The notes beneath the pieces were generated by a model. It searched no databases. It saw only the letters and a list, made by a program, of their open reading frames with translations, and had not been told where the DNA came from. A stretch of DNA of 25,842 bases. Source: a virus (lineage: Duplodnaviria > Caudoviricetes). The stretch spans positions 1-25,842 of the IMG/VR virus record IMGVR_UViG_3300042317_000788; one strand, 5' to 3'. Of the stretch, positions 1 through 7,468 are shown piece after piece (the first letter of the stretch is position 1; every line of letters begins with the position of its first letter). A program made the position numbers and the translations under genes.

Positions 1-2538
1 GCTGTTACAGCAGTTAGTGCGCTTGCCCTGTCTGGAGTGTCTGTAATTACATCAGCCCCAGCCAATGCAGCAATTACTGGAATTCTATCAGTAGATACCG
101 TTCCAAACCGTTCATCATCATTATCTAATGGCGTTGCATCAGCAACTGCAGCAGATAACAAGGTCTCTGTTTCAATGATTGCTCTTTCAGATACATCTGG
201 GGCAAGCGAAACAGTAACTGTTCGTGGTCGTATTATTTCAAATCCAACACCAGCAACAGTAGACGCAACAACTCAAATTACAGTTGGAGACACTCTTGTG
301 GCTCTTGCAACTTTATCAAACAATACTGCAGCAACTGTTGTTCTAGGCGGAAGTGATGAAACAGTTACGGTTGATTCTGTAAGCGTTTTGTCAAACGCAT
401 TTAGAACTCCAGGAACTTATAAAATTTTATTATGGATTGACAACGTGGGAAACACAATTGGCGGAAACTCAACCATTGATGGTGGAGAGGCTTACTTTAC
501 CGCAGATGTTAAGGTTGGAGGAACTCCAGTTTCATTAGAAACAAGTTCTTCTTCTTTAGTAACAGCAGGAGATGTTTCAGTCGATCTTGGAATTACACTT
601 AAAGATACCAATGGTATTCCAACACTACTTCGTAATTCTCTAGAAAGAATTACAGTTTCTTCAACTATTGCAGTTGGATCAACAGAAACGTTAACTGTAA
701 CAAAAGGTAAGTTAACTGCTCCAGGAAGTGTTTTAACAACCGCTTCCCGATCTGGAACACCAACAACAAACACATTCTTAGAGTCAACAGACTCACTTAC
801 AGCATCAACAGGATCATATGATCTTCATGCTAAGCACACTGGTTCAACAAGTTCTACTCTTACATTTAACTTAGGTGGAATTTTAACTCCATCAGTTGCC
901 AAAGTCGTAACATTTACAACAAATCCAGTAGCAACTGCAACAAAGGTTGCTCTTTCAAGTGCCATCGGAGTTTCAACATCTACAGTTAAGTATGTTGCTC
1001 CAGTTGCAATTGAGACACCAACATCAACAACATATTTTGCTAGTACCTCTTCTGCATCAACACTTGGTTGGTCAATTAGCGGAACAGCAGGATCGATTGT
1101 TAATGCTAAGATTACATCTTCTAGCGTTGCTGGAATTACAAATGGAACATATCCAGTAGTTATTGGAACTAATGGAATTGGAACATACGTTACTTCTGCT
1201 ACTACTGCTAGTGGATCATTCACAATTACAGTTGCTCTAGCAACAGGAAACTCTGTTGTTACAGTAACCTATACTGCTCCTTCAGTTTCTCAGGGTGCAT
1301 TAGGAACAACTGGAATTTCTACATCATTATTAAGTGCATCAATTACAAACTCTGTAGTTAAAAGTGGAGATACCACAAGCCTTAAGATTAATGTAAAGAA
1401 TAACTTTGACACTCCTCAGCAATATTATTTTGTTACTGGAACATTGTCTTCTTCAAGCAGAAACTTTGGAACAACAATTGCAACTTCAGTTACTGATATC
1501 AATGGAGATGCAACGATTACATTTAAAGATTCAAGCACTTCAACAACAAACTTTGTTGATGCATTAACCATTCAGGTTACTGCGCCAGGAACTTCAACTG
1601 GTCTGCTAACATCTGCAAATGTTCTTACAGTTACCTATTCTGCAACGGGATCATATGCATCACTAACACTAACTGGTGGAAGCACAGAGACTGTTAAAGT
1701 ATTAAAAGATGTTCAAGCAACAACAGCAGGAACTGCATCTGCAGTAACTATTGCAACATCATTAAAGAATGCTTCAGGAACTTCTGTCTCTGGAGTAGCA
1801 CTTGTTGTTACTGCATCTGACGGAGTTGTTCTTAGAACTTCTGCACCTACTGTTCGTCCATTAACAGGAGATTTAAAGACTGTTACTATCGGAAGCGGAC
1901 AAGAATTTACAGCAATTGGAACGAAACCTGGACTTGCAACAGTAACTGTTGTTGGTGGAGGATTGACACAAACTGCAACCTTTACTGTTAATGATGCAGT
2001 TGCAACAACAGCAAGAAACATTACATTAACAACTGCTAGTGGAAAAGTAACTGCAACTGTTAAAGATGGTTGGGGAAATCCAGTTAAAGGAATTAGTGTT
2101 AACTTTGCAGTTGATTCTAAGGGAATCTTTGGCAACGGAGTAACTTCAACTTCAGCAGTAACTGATGCTAATGGAAATGCCTCTGCAATATTACAATCCT
2201 TTGATGGAAAACTTGCAGATGCTGGAATCATTGCATCTCTTGTAACTATTGCACAGTCAGCAGATATAGCAGACACTCCAGTAACTGGTTTTGCTAAAGG
2301 AGAGAGCACTGCAATTGCAACTGTATCTCTTCCAGCAGTTAACGTTATTGATTCAGTAGCCTCTGTTAAGGTAGATGTAGCAACTGCAAACGCAGCAGTT
2401 AAGGCTCTTGCAACACAGGTAACTGTGCTACAGGCCTCAGTTGCAACCTTGATCGATTCATTGACTACACAGATCGCATCTTTGATGAAGTCTGTTAGCG
2501 CATTGACCAAGTCTGTAGCAAAACTACAAAAGAAATAA
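1..2538 (+). CDS. Large secreted Thr/Ser/Ala-rich surface (S-layer-like) protein with Ig-like/Big-1 segments and C-terminal coiled coil; 5' end outside window
   Basis: Frame is open from base 1 (AVTAVSALALSGVSVITSAPANA|A, a signal-peptide h-region plus AxA cleavage site). Invasin/Big-1-like motif VTATVKDGWGNPVKGISVNF...TDANGNA. Heptad-like C-terminus AVKALATQVTVLQASVATLIDSLTTQIASLMKSVSALTKSVAKLQKK. Confidence 0.75.
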   Translation, partial: AVTAVSALALSGVSVITSAPANAAITGILSVDTVPNRSSSLSNGVASATAADNKVSVSMIALSDTSGASETVTVRGRIISNPTPATVDATTQITVGDTLVALATLSNNTAATVVLGGSDETVTVDSVSVLSNAFRTPGTYKILLWIDNVGNTIGGNSTIDGGEAYFTADVKVGGTPVSLETSSSSLVTAGDVSVDLGITLKDTNGIPTLLRNSLERITVSSTIAVGSTETLTVTKGKLTAPGSVLTTASRSGTPTTNTFLESTDSLTASTGSYDLHAKHTGSTSSTLTFNLGGILTPSVAKVVTFTTNPVATATKVALSSAIGVSTSTVKYVAPVAIETPTSTTYFASTSSASTLGWSISGTAGSIVNAKITSSSVAGITNGTYPVVIGTNGIGTYVTSATTASGSFTITVALATGNSVVTVTYTAPSVSQGALGTTGISTSLLSASITNSVVKSGDTTSLKINVKNNFDTPQQYYFVTGTLSSSSRNFGTTIATSVTDINGDATITFKDSSTSTTNFVDALTIQVTAPGTSTGLLTSANVLTVTYSATGSYASLTLTGGSTETVKVLKDVQATTAGTASAVTIATSLKNASGTSVSGVALVVTASDGVVLRTSAPTVRPLTGDLKTVTIGSGQEFTAIGTKPGLATVTVVGGGLTQTATFTVNDAVATTARNITLTTASGKVTATVKDGWGNPVKGISVNFAVDSKGIFGNGVTSTSAVTDANGNASAILQSFDGKLADAGIIASLVTIAQSADIADTPVTGFAKGESTAIATVSLPAVNVIDSVASVKVDVATANAAVKALATQVTVLQASVATLIDSLTTQIASLMKSVSALTKSVAKLQKK

Positions 2539-2553
2539 ATAATCCAACACTTT

Positions 2554-2584
2554 GGGCAGGGTAACATAAGTTCCCTGCCTTTTG
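2554..2584 (+). terminator. Intrinsic terminator
   Basis: GGCAGGG(2555-2561)...CCCTGCC(2573-2579) stem followed by TTTT, just after the stop codon. Confidence 0.8.
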
Positions 2585-2593
2585 TGTTATAAT
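2585..2593 (+). promoter_or_regulatory. Extended -10 promoter (TGnTATAAT) for hsp20
   Basis: TGTTATAAT directly after the terminator; the same motif recurs across the window. Confidence 0.7.
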
Positions 2594-2599
2594 AGTATA

Positions 2600-2649
2600 G
2601 TATCCGCCTAACGGGGATATAAAATAACTCGCTGAAAAGGAGAAAGAAA
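2600..2649 (+). promoter_or_regulatory. ROSE-like RNA thermometer candidate in hsp20 5' UTR
   Basis: Hairpin CUC-G-CU-GAAA-AG-GAG (2628-2642) pairs UCGCU with the SD AGGAG and leaves a bulged G. It is preceded by hairpin 2600-2620. Confidence 0.55.
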
Positions 2650-3066
2650 ATGGTAACAACGTTCGCTATGGATCTTTTCAAAGATCCTTTTTTTATTGGA
2701 TTTAATCGAGAATTAGATAGATTAAACCAAGCACATTCAATTAATGCAGGTGGATTTCCACCATATGATCTACTTAAATTAGATGATGACAATTATACTA
2801 TCACTCTAGCAGTAGCAGGGTTCAGCAAAGAAAGCCTTGATATTGCGGTAGATAAAGGAACATTAATCATCAAAGGAGAACAAACAACAGTAACAGATGC
2901 AGAAGTATTACATAAAGGAATCGCTGCTCGTAAGTTTACTCGTTCATTTGCTCTTGGTGAATATATGGAAGTAACAACTGCTGATCTAACTGATGGAATG
3001 TTAAACATTCAAGTTACACGTAATGTTCCAGAAGAAAAGAAACCAAAATCTATAAAGATTAAATAA
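2650..3066 (+). CDS. hsp20: Small heat-shock protein, Hsp20/IbpA family
   Basis: FPPYDL, LAVAGFSK, HKGIAARKFTRSFAL, DGMLNI and C-terminal PKSIKIK (IxI) motifs; SD AGGAG. Confidence 0.95.
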   Translation: MVTTFAMDLFKDPFFIGFNRELDRLNQAHSINAGGFPPYDLLKLDDDNYTITLAVAGFSKESLDIAVDKGTLIIKGEQTTVTDAEVLHKGIAARKFTRSFALGEYMEVTTADLTDGMLNIQVTRNVPEEKKPKSIKIK

Positions 3067-3067
3067 T

Positions 3068-3203
3068 TCCGTATAATATATAGTTATAGAGATTATGAAA
3101 CATTGATCGGCTATATTTAATACGGATGCTCTAAATGAGAGTCGTTAGGCTAATACCCGTGAACGATAGACCTGAGTAGTTGTCTATAAACTGCTCACTT
3201 TTT
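3068..3203 (+). ncRNA. Putative structured RNA with 3' H-type pseudoknot
   Basis: Consecutive stems 3068-3085/3109-3126, 3128-3132/3138-3142 and 3141-3146/3162-3167. Pseudoknot ATAGAC/GTCTAT plus TGAGTAG/CTGCTCA, then a T run. No ORF. Confidence 0.5.
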
Positions 3204-3210
3204 AATATAA

Positions 3211-3240
3211 TGTTATAATATAGTAGTCAACAGTGTTGAC
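3211..3240 (+). promoter_or_regulatory. Extended -10 promoter plus perfect palindrome at predicted TSS
   Basis: TGTTATAAT (3211-3219); GTCAACA-G-TGTTGAC (3226-3240). Confidence 0.65.
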
Positions 3241-3255
3241 CTAGGAGAAGGGAAA

Positions 3256-5373
3256 CTGAAAAAATCACTTAGATTCTTAATTGTTTTAGGCCTTGTCGTC
3301 GGGTCTTTATTTTTCGGGCACTCAGACAAAGCCCATGCAACAGAAGGTTTAACTGCAGAAGTCTATAGTGTGCAAGGTCAAAATGGTTCTCCCTATATAC
3401 CACAAGGAATGTCTCCAACTTTAGTAACAACTGTACCCAATATTGATTTTCAATGGAGTGGTGGAAGTGTTCTTGGTGGTCCAGCAGAAGATGTCATTGT
3501 AAGATTTACAGGATCAATACTTAGCAATACAACCCAAGAAATATCATTTTTAGCAACAGCAGATGATGGAACTAAACTATATCTTGATGGAACTTTAATA
3601 ACAAATGATTGGGTTGATAAAGGTGGTGGAGGAACTACAAGTGCTCCAGTTTCTTTTACAGCAGGAGTTCCAAAAACTATAGAATTGATGTACTATGAAA
3701 ATGGCGGGGGAGCAAATGTATTCCTTCACTGGGATCAATCTGGATCTATGGATATTATTCCAGCATCAGCATTTACTTCGCAGGCAGCCCCAGTAGTAAA
3801 TACTATAGGTGCTCCACAAAATTTAACAGTAGTAGATGGAGAAACATCAACAGTATTAACTTGGGAAGCCCCAAATACTGGCAATATTCAACCAGAAAGA
3901 TATGCTATAGGTCTTAATACTCAGGGACAAAATGGCTGGGGTATTGCAACTGGAAATGTTGGTGGCCCTAACTCCCTCAATACAACAATAACAATTAGCC
4001 ACTCATTACTTGAAAGTCTAATGCCAAGTGGAACAGTATGGTCATTTCATATTAGATCAGATAATGACACACTACCTTTATATTCTGAAAATTCAAATGT
4101 GGTTACATTAAAAATTGGTAAAACTGCAGAAGAAATTGCTGCAGAAGCAGCAGCAGCCCAAGCAATAATCGATGCAGAAAATGCAAGACTAGCAGCCATT
4201 GCTGCAGAAGAAGAGGCTATAAGATTGGCAACAGAGGCCGCAGCAGCAGAAGCCGCAGCAGCAGCCCAGGCAATCATCGATGCACAAGCAGCAGCGGATC
4301 AAGCCTCAGCAATTGCAGCACAAGTAGCAGCCCAAGCATCTGCACAACAAGCAGAAGCAGCAAGGATACAGGCTGAAGCAGCAGCGATGATCGCACAACA
4401 AGCAGCAGAAGCACAGGCGGAAGCAAACAGACTTGCAGCCCTTGCTGCAGCCAATGCAGAAGCAAATAGAATAGCAGCAGAACTTGCTGCAAAATTAGCA
4501 GAAGAAGCAGCAGAAATGGCTGAAGAGGCAGCAAGGATACAGGCAGAGATTGATGCAAATGCAGAGGCAGATCGTATAGCAGCAGAACTTGAAGCAATAG
4601 AAGCACAGATGAGAGCAGATGCACAGGCAGAAGCAGACCGTATTGCACAAGAAGAAGCAGATGCACAAGAAGAAGCAAATGCTCAAGCAGAAACAGATAG
4701 AATTGTTGCTGAACAAGAGGCTATGGAACAAGAAATAGAAAATGCTAAAGCAGAAGCGGAGGCAGCCATAGCAGAAGAAGAAGCAGAAATTGCAGAAGAG
4801 TTAGCGGAAATTGCAGAAGCAGAGGCTGTTGAGGCAGAAGAAGAAAAGGCTGCTGAAGAAGAATTAAAAGAAATACTTGAAGAGGCAAAAGATGGAAAAG
4901 AATTAACTGAAGAACAAAAAGAAATTCTTGTTGAGGCATTAATTGAAAATCTTAAACCTGGAGAATCAATATCAGCAGAACAAGTTCAGGCATCTGGAGT
5001 TTCATATGCAGACCTACCACCTGAAACACCAATTGAAGTTCGTACAGATGAGAATGGAAATGCATTGGTTATTACTGCAGAAGTTGCTGCAAATATTGAA
5101 TTAGTTGAAGATCCAGGTGCATTGGTAGAAGCAATATTTACAGATCCAGGAGCAGCACTTGCAGCAATTGGAAGTATTGGTGCTGACATGACTGAAGAAG
5201 AAAGAGAAGAAGCAACAGATATGGTTGTAGCAACAGTTGTAGCAACAGGTGCTGCAATTAACGCAGCAGCAGTAGCAACAGGAGGAGCCACAGGTGGCTC
5301 TACTAGCGGAGGAAGTTCTGGCGGAGGCGGAGGAGCCAATTCACCAGGTTCAAGAGGAGGAAGAAGATGGTAA
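3256..5373 (+). CDS. Secreted PA14 + fibronectin-III-like + long Ala/Glu helical stalk protein (probable CTG start)
   Basis: In-frame extension upstream of the ORF-track start gives (M)KKSLRFLIVLGLVVGSLFFGHSDKAHA|TEG. PA14 motifs IDFQW, VRFTGSI, ADDGTKLYLDG, IELMYYENGGGA. FN3-like APQNLTV..LTWEAP. A/E/Q-rich repeats and a Gly/Ser tail. Confidence 0.85.
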   Translation: MKKSLRFLIVLGLVVGSLFFGHSDKAHATEGLTAEVYSVQGQNGSPYIPQGMSPTLVTTVPNIDFQWSGGSVLGGPAEDVIVRFTGSILSNTTQEISFLATADDGTKLYLDGTLITNDWVDKGGGGTTSAPVSFTAGVPKTIELMYYENGGGANVFLHWDQSGSMDIIPASAFTSQAAPVVNTIGAPQNLTVVDGETSTVLTWEAPNTGNIQPERYAIGLNTQGQNGWGIATGNVGGPNSLNTTITISHSLLESLMPSGTVWSFHIRSDNDTLPLYSENSNVVTLKIGKTAEEIAAEAAAAQAIIDAENARLAAIAAEEEAIRLATEAAAAEAAAAAQAIIDAQAAADQASAIAAQVAAQASAQQAEAARIQAEAAAMIAQQAAEAQAEANRLAALAAANAEANRIAAELAAKLAEEAAEMAEEAARIQAEIDANAEADRIAAELEAIEAQMRADAQAEADRIAQEEADAQEEANAQAETDRIVAEQEAMEQEIENAKAEAEAAIAEEEAEIAEELAEIAEAEAVEAEEEKAAEEELKEILEEAKDGKELTEEQKEILVEALIENLKPGESISAEQVQASGVSYADLPPETPIEVRTDENGNALVITAEVAANIELVEDPGALVEAIFTDPGAALAAIGSIGADMTEEEREEATDMVVATVVATGAAINAAAVATGGATGGSTSGGSSGGGGGANSPGSRGGRRW
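4126..4890 (+). repeat. Degenerate coding repeats (AAAAQAIIDA x2; AEA[N/D]RIAAE-like units)
   Basis: gcagcagcagcccaagcaataatcgatgca (4147-4176) recurs nearly identically at 4255-4284; several QAEADRIA/NAEANRIA units. Confidence 0.75.
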
Positions 5374-5546
5374 GAATAATAAAAAATATCCTAAAAGATA
5401 TGGTAGACCAAGCATGGACCCTTCTCGGTATGTTTATTGCTTGGGTTGTTCTGGACGGAAGTGCAAAGACTATTGTTGGTTATGGAATCATGGCAACAAC
5501 TGCTCTTTGGATAATTACAAGTCCGATCAGAAATAGAAAGGAATAA
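5367..5546 (+). CDS. Small two-TM membrane protein, 59 aa (not in ORF track)
   Basis: MVRIIKNILKDMVDQAWTLLGMFIAWVVLDGSAKTIVGYGIMATTALWIITSPIRNRKE; SD GAGGAGG; overlaps the upstream stop and fills the gap exactly. Confidence 0.75.
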   Translation: MVRIIKNILKDMVDQAWTLLGMFIAWVVLDGSAKTIVGYGIMATTALWIITSPIRNRKE

Positions 5547-5548
5547 AG

Positions 5549-5839
5549 ATGGCAAGAACAAAGCAAGTTGAAGAGGCTACCCAAGTCGGATCAGGAGCAA
5601 TTGCAAGCATAAATAATATCTTTATGCGAATTGTTGCGGTATTTGCAGCATCAGGACTATCTGTAATAGGTGCTGGAGCAGTAGTAGGAATTAGCACAGC
5701 AAAGGCTGTTATCTTGGCTGGAACGTTAGGAGTTGCAACAGTAGTTGAGAGACTGGCTAGAGGGTTTCTTGACGATGGCAAACTCACGATTGAAGAGATC
5801 AATGCAGCATTTTCTTCAGTGGACAAAAAGGCTAAATAA
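5549..5839 (+). CDS. Small membrane protein (holin-like or anchor partner)
   Basis: Hydrophobic Gly/Ala-rich segments, C-terminal DDGKLTIEEI; SD AAGGA. Confidence 0.7.
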   Translation: MARTKQVEEATQVGSGAIASINNIFMRIVAVFAASGLSVIGAGAVVGISTAKAVILAGTLGVATVVERLARGFLDDGKLTIEEINAAFSSVDKKAK

Positions 5840-5854
5840 GGACAAAGACCTTCT

Positions 5855-5884
5855 TTGACATAGGACCCCTTTAGGTGGTACAAT
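5855..5884 (+). promoter_or_regulatory. Sigma70/SigA-type promoter
   Basis: TTGACA (5855-5860), 18-nt spacer ending in TGG, then TACAAT (5879-5884). Confidence 0.75.
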
Positions 5885-5911
5885 TAATGTATCTAACACT
5901 GAAGGGGTTTT
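5864..5911 (+). terminator. Long hairpin/terminator overlapping promoter and RBS
   Basis: GACCCCTTTAG (5864-5874) pairs with CTGAAGGGGTT (5899-5909); inner GTACA/TGTAT stem; short T run. Confidence 0.55.
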
Positions 5912-6622
5912 ATGGCTACTGTGCCTTATTTTGACAAAAATTCTAAACCACAAAAGTTTTTTTATAGAGATTTAAATATAGATTTAAAAGAAGCAACAAA
6001 AACTTTAGAGTTTGAGTATAGCAGAATTCTTAATGGTGAAATGTATGGAGTCAGTAAGTTTGATTTTGCTCATCCAGAAAATGAAATGTTTAAAGAGTCA
6101 GAATCTATATCTACAATAAAATCTAGAGAATATAATGCTTTTCAAATGTATTATCCTTTTATGCATGAACTTTATTCTTCTGTTGTTGACATGACAAGAG
6201 AAGCCTGTAGGTATTATGATATTGATTATAATAGTAATCAATTTGTTTGTCAAGCGTGGTTTAACATTAATAATAAAAATAATGGTGGAAAATTAAATTG
6301 GCATGATCATGTCACACCAGATAAAAAAATTCTGGGTTTTCATGGATATTATTCTGTAAGTGCAGAGCCATCTGAAACACATTATCAAATTAATGATGAG
6401 ATAAAAATAAACAATAATATTAACAATCGTGCATTGTTATCTTTGGTTGGATTTCCTCATGCAATGTCTGATTGGGATTTTGATGGTCCAAGAATTACAA
6501 TTGCCTATGATGTACTTCCAATAGAGATGCTTTTACAAAAAGATTTTCTTAGTTCTAATATGAAAAAGCATGAGGGATTTTGGGAACAGCACTATTTTCC
6601 ACTTCCAAAATTTTATGATTAA
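5912..6622 (+). CDS. Putative 2OG-Fe(II) oxygenase/cupin (HxH type), paralog A
   Basis: AWFNIN...WHDH...HGYY...PHAM...RITIAYD double-stranded beta-helix pattern. Confidence 0.7.
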   Translation: MATVPYFDKNSKPQKFFYRDLNIDLKEATKTLEFEYSRILNGEMYGVSKFDFAHPENEMFKESESISTIKSREYNAFQMYYPFMHELYSSVVDMTREACRYYDIDYNSNQFVCQAWFNINNKNNGGKLNWHDHVTPDKKILGFHGYYSVSAEPSETHYQINDEIKINNNINNRALLSLVGFPHAMSDWDFDGPRITIAYDVLPIEMLLQKDFLSSNMKKHEGFWEQHYFPLPKFYD

Positions 6623-6652
6623 TTATATTTTTATACAAATAAAAGGAGAAAA

Positions 6653-7177
6653 ATGACCTGCATTGCCGTTGTTCGTAAGGATGAAAAAATTTATATGTCT
6701 GGCGAAAGAGGCGTATCTGACGATGATATCATACTTCAGTGTGCTACGTCAAAAGTTTGGCAACAAGGTCCGTATCTGTTTGGATATGCAGGTAGCATGG
6801 ACGGAGATAGAATAAAACATAACTTCAAACCTTCAATTCCAACTGGAAACAATATTGAAAAGTTTATGTACACTAAATTTATTAAAGAACTTCGTGATTT
6901 TTATAATGAGTGGTGGGTAGATGTATCAAAAGATTCTGATTTTGGAATGATTATTTGCGTTAAAGGAAAGATCTTTGAACATAGTGCTGCAGATATGTCT
7001 TTGACACAATACACTGGAGACTATTTAGTAATGGGGTCTGGAATGCAATATGCATTAGGACATTTACATGCAACTGAAAATCAAAAAGATGCTCGTAAAA
7101 GATCTATTAATGCAGTTCAATCTGCTATTAAGTTTTCTACATCATGTCTTGGTCCAATTGATACAGTTAGTATTTAA
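6653..7177 (+). CDS. Ntn-hydrolase, HslV/proteasome-beta-like peptidase
   Basis: N-terminal (M)TCIAV nucleophile Thr, GYAGS, GSGMQYALG; SD AAGGAG. Confidence 0.8.
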   Translation: MTCIAVVRKDEKIYMSGERGVSDDDIILQCATSKVWQQGPYLFGYAGSMDGDRIKHNFKPSIPTGNNIEKFMYTKFIKELRDFYNEWWVDVSKDSDFGMIICVKGKIFEHSAADMSLTQYTGDYLVMGSGMQYALGHLHATENQKDARKRSINAVQSAIKFSTSCLGPIDTVSI

Positions 7178-7186
7178 GGATATAAT

Positions 7187-7387
7187 ATGTCTATAGATAA
7201 AACAGAAGAACTAGAGTTTGATATATGGCTTAATAATGGAATTGATCGGGGATGGATAACAGAACCATTTTGTAATACTCATGATGGAGATCCCTATATG
7301 ACTGAAGAAGAAGCCAAAGAATGGAATGATGGTGGAGATCCTTGTCAGGTTGTCTTTAAAATCATTGAAGATAAATGGCAACATTAA
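7187..7387 (+). CDS. Hypothetical acidic protein
   Basis: 66 aa ORF with SD AAGGA; C-x-x-H-D-G...DPC motif. Confidence 0.7.
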   Translation: MSIDKTEELEFDIWLNNGIDRGWITEPFCNTHDGDPYMTEEEAKEWNDGGDPCQVVFKIIEDKWQH

Positions 7388-7393
7388 AAAAGT

Positions 7394-7464
7394 GCCTCTT
7401 TAGCATAGTGGCAGTGCTTCCGCCTTGTAAGCGGATGGTGCAGGTTCGATTCCTGCAAGAGGCT
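7394..7464 (+). tRNA. tRNA-Thr (anticodon TGT), CCA not encoded
   Basis: Acceptor GCCTCTT/AAGAGGC, D-stem GCAT/GTGC, anticodon stem TCCGC/GCGGA with loop CT-TGT-AA, T-arm GCAGG-TTCGATT-CCTGC. Confidence 0.95.
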
Positions 7465-7468
7465 CAAC

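Noticed and set aside
1713-2792. 359-aa minus-strand ORF (also 492..773 and 825..1223)
   Set aside because: Antisense shadow of the biased Thr/Ala/Val codons of the + gene; it crosses a terminator and hsp20 and shows no recognisable motifs.
3068-3203. Hammerhead, SAM-II/V, preQ1 or fluoride riboswitch identity
   Set aside because: Core consensus elements such as CUGAUGA/GAAA are absent; kept as an unassigned structured RNA.
4141-4740. CRISPR array or diversity-generating repeat
   Set aside because: Repeats are in-frame, degenerate and lack spacers; no cas or reverse transcriptase gene.
4047-5339. Several minus-strand Leu/Cys/Ala-rich ORFs
   Set aside because: Artefacts of the GCA/GAA low-complexity repeat.
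5294-5536. 80-aa + strand ORF in the track
   Set aside because: The alternative frame 5367..5546 has an ATG, a strong SD, two TM segments and proper coupling.
7181-7186. TATAAT before ATG 7187 as a promoter for that gene
   Set aside because: Zero spacing to the ATG and it sits in the SD spacer; it cannot serve this start.
7394-7464. tRNA as att site of an integrated element
   Set aside because: No integrase and no duplicated tRNA 3' end seen in the window.
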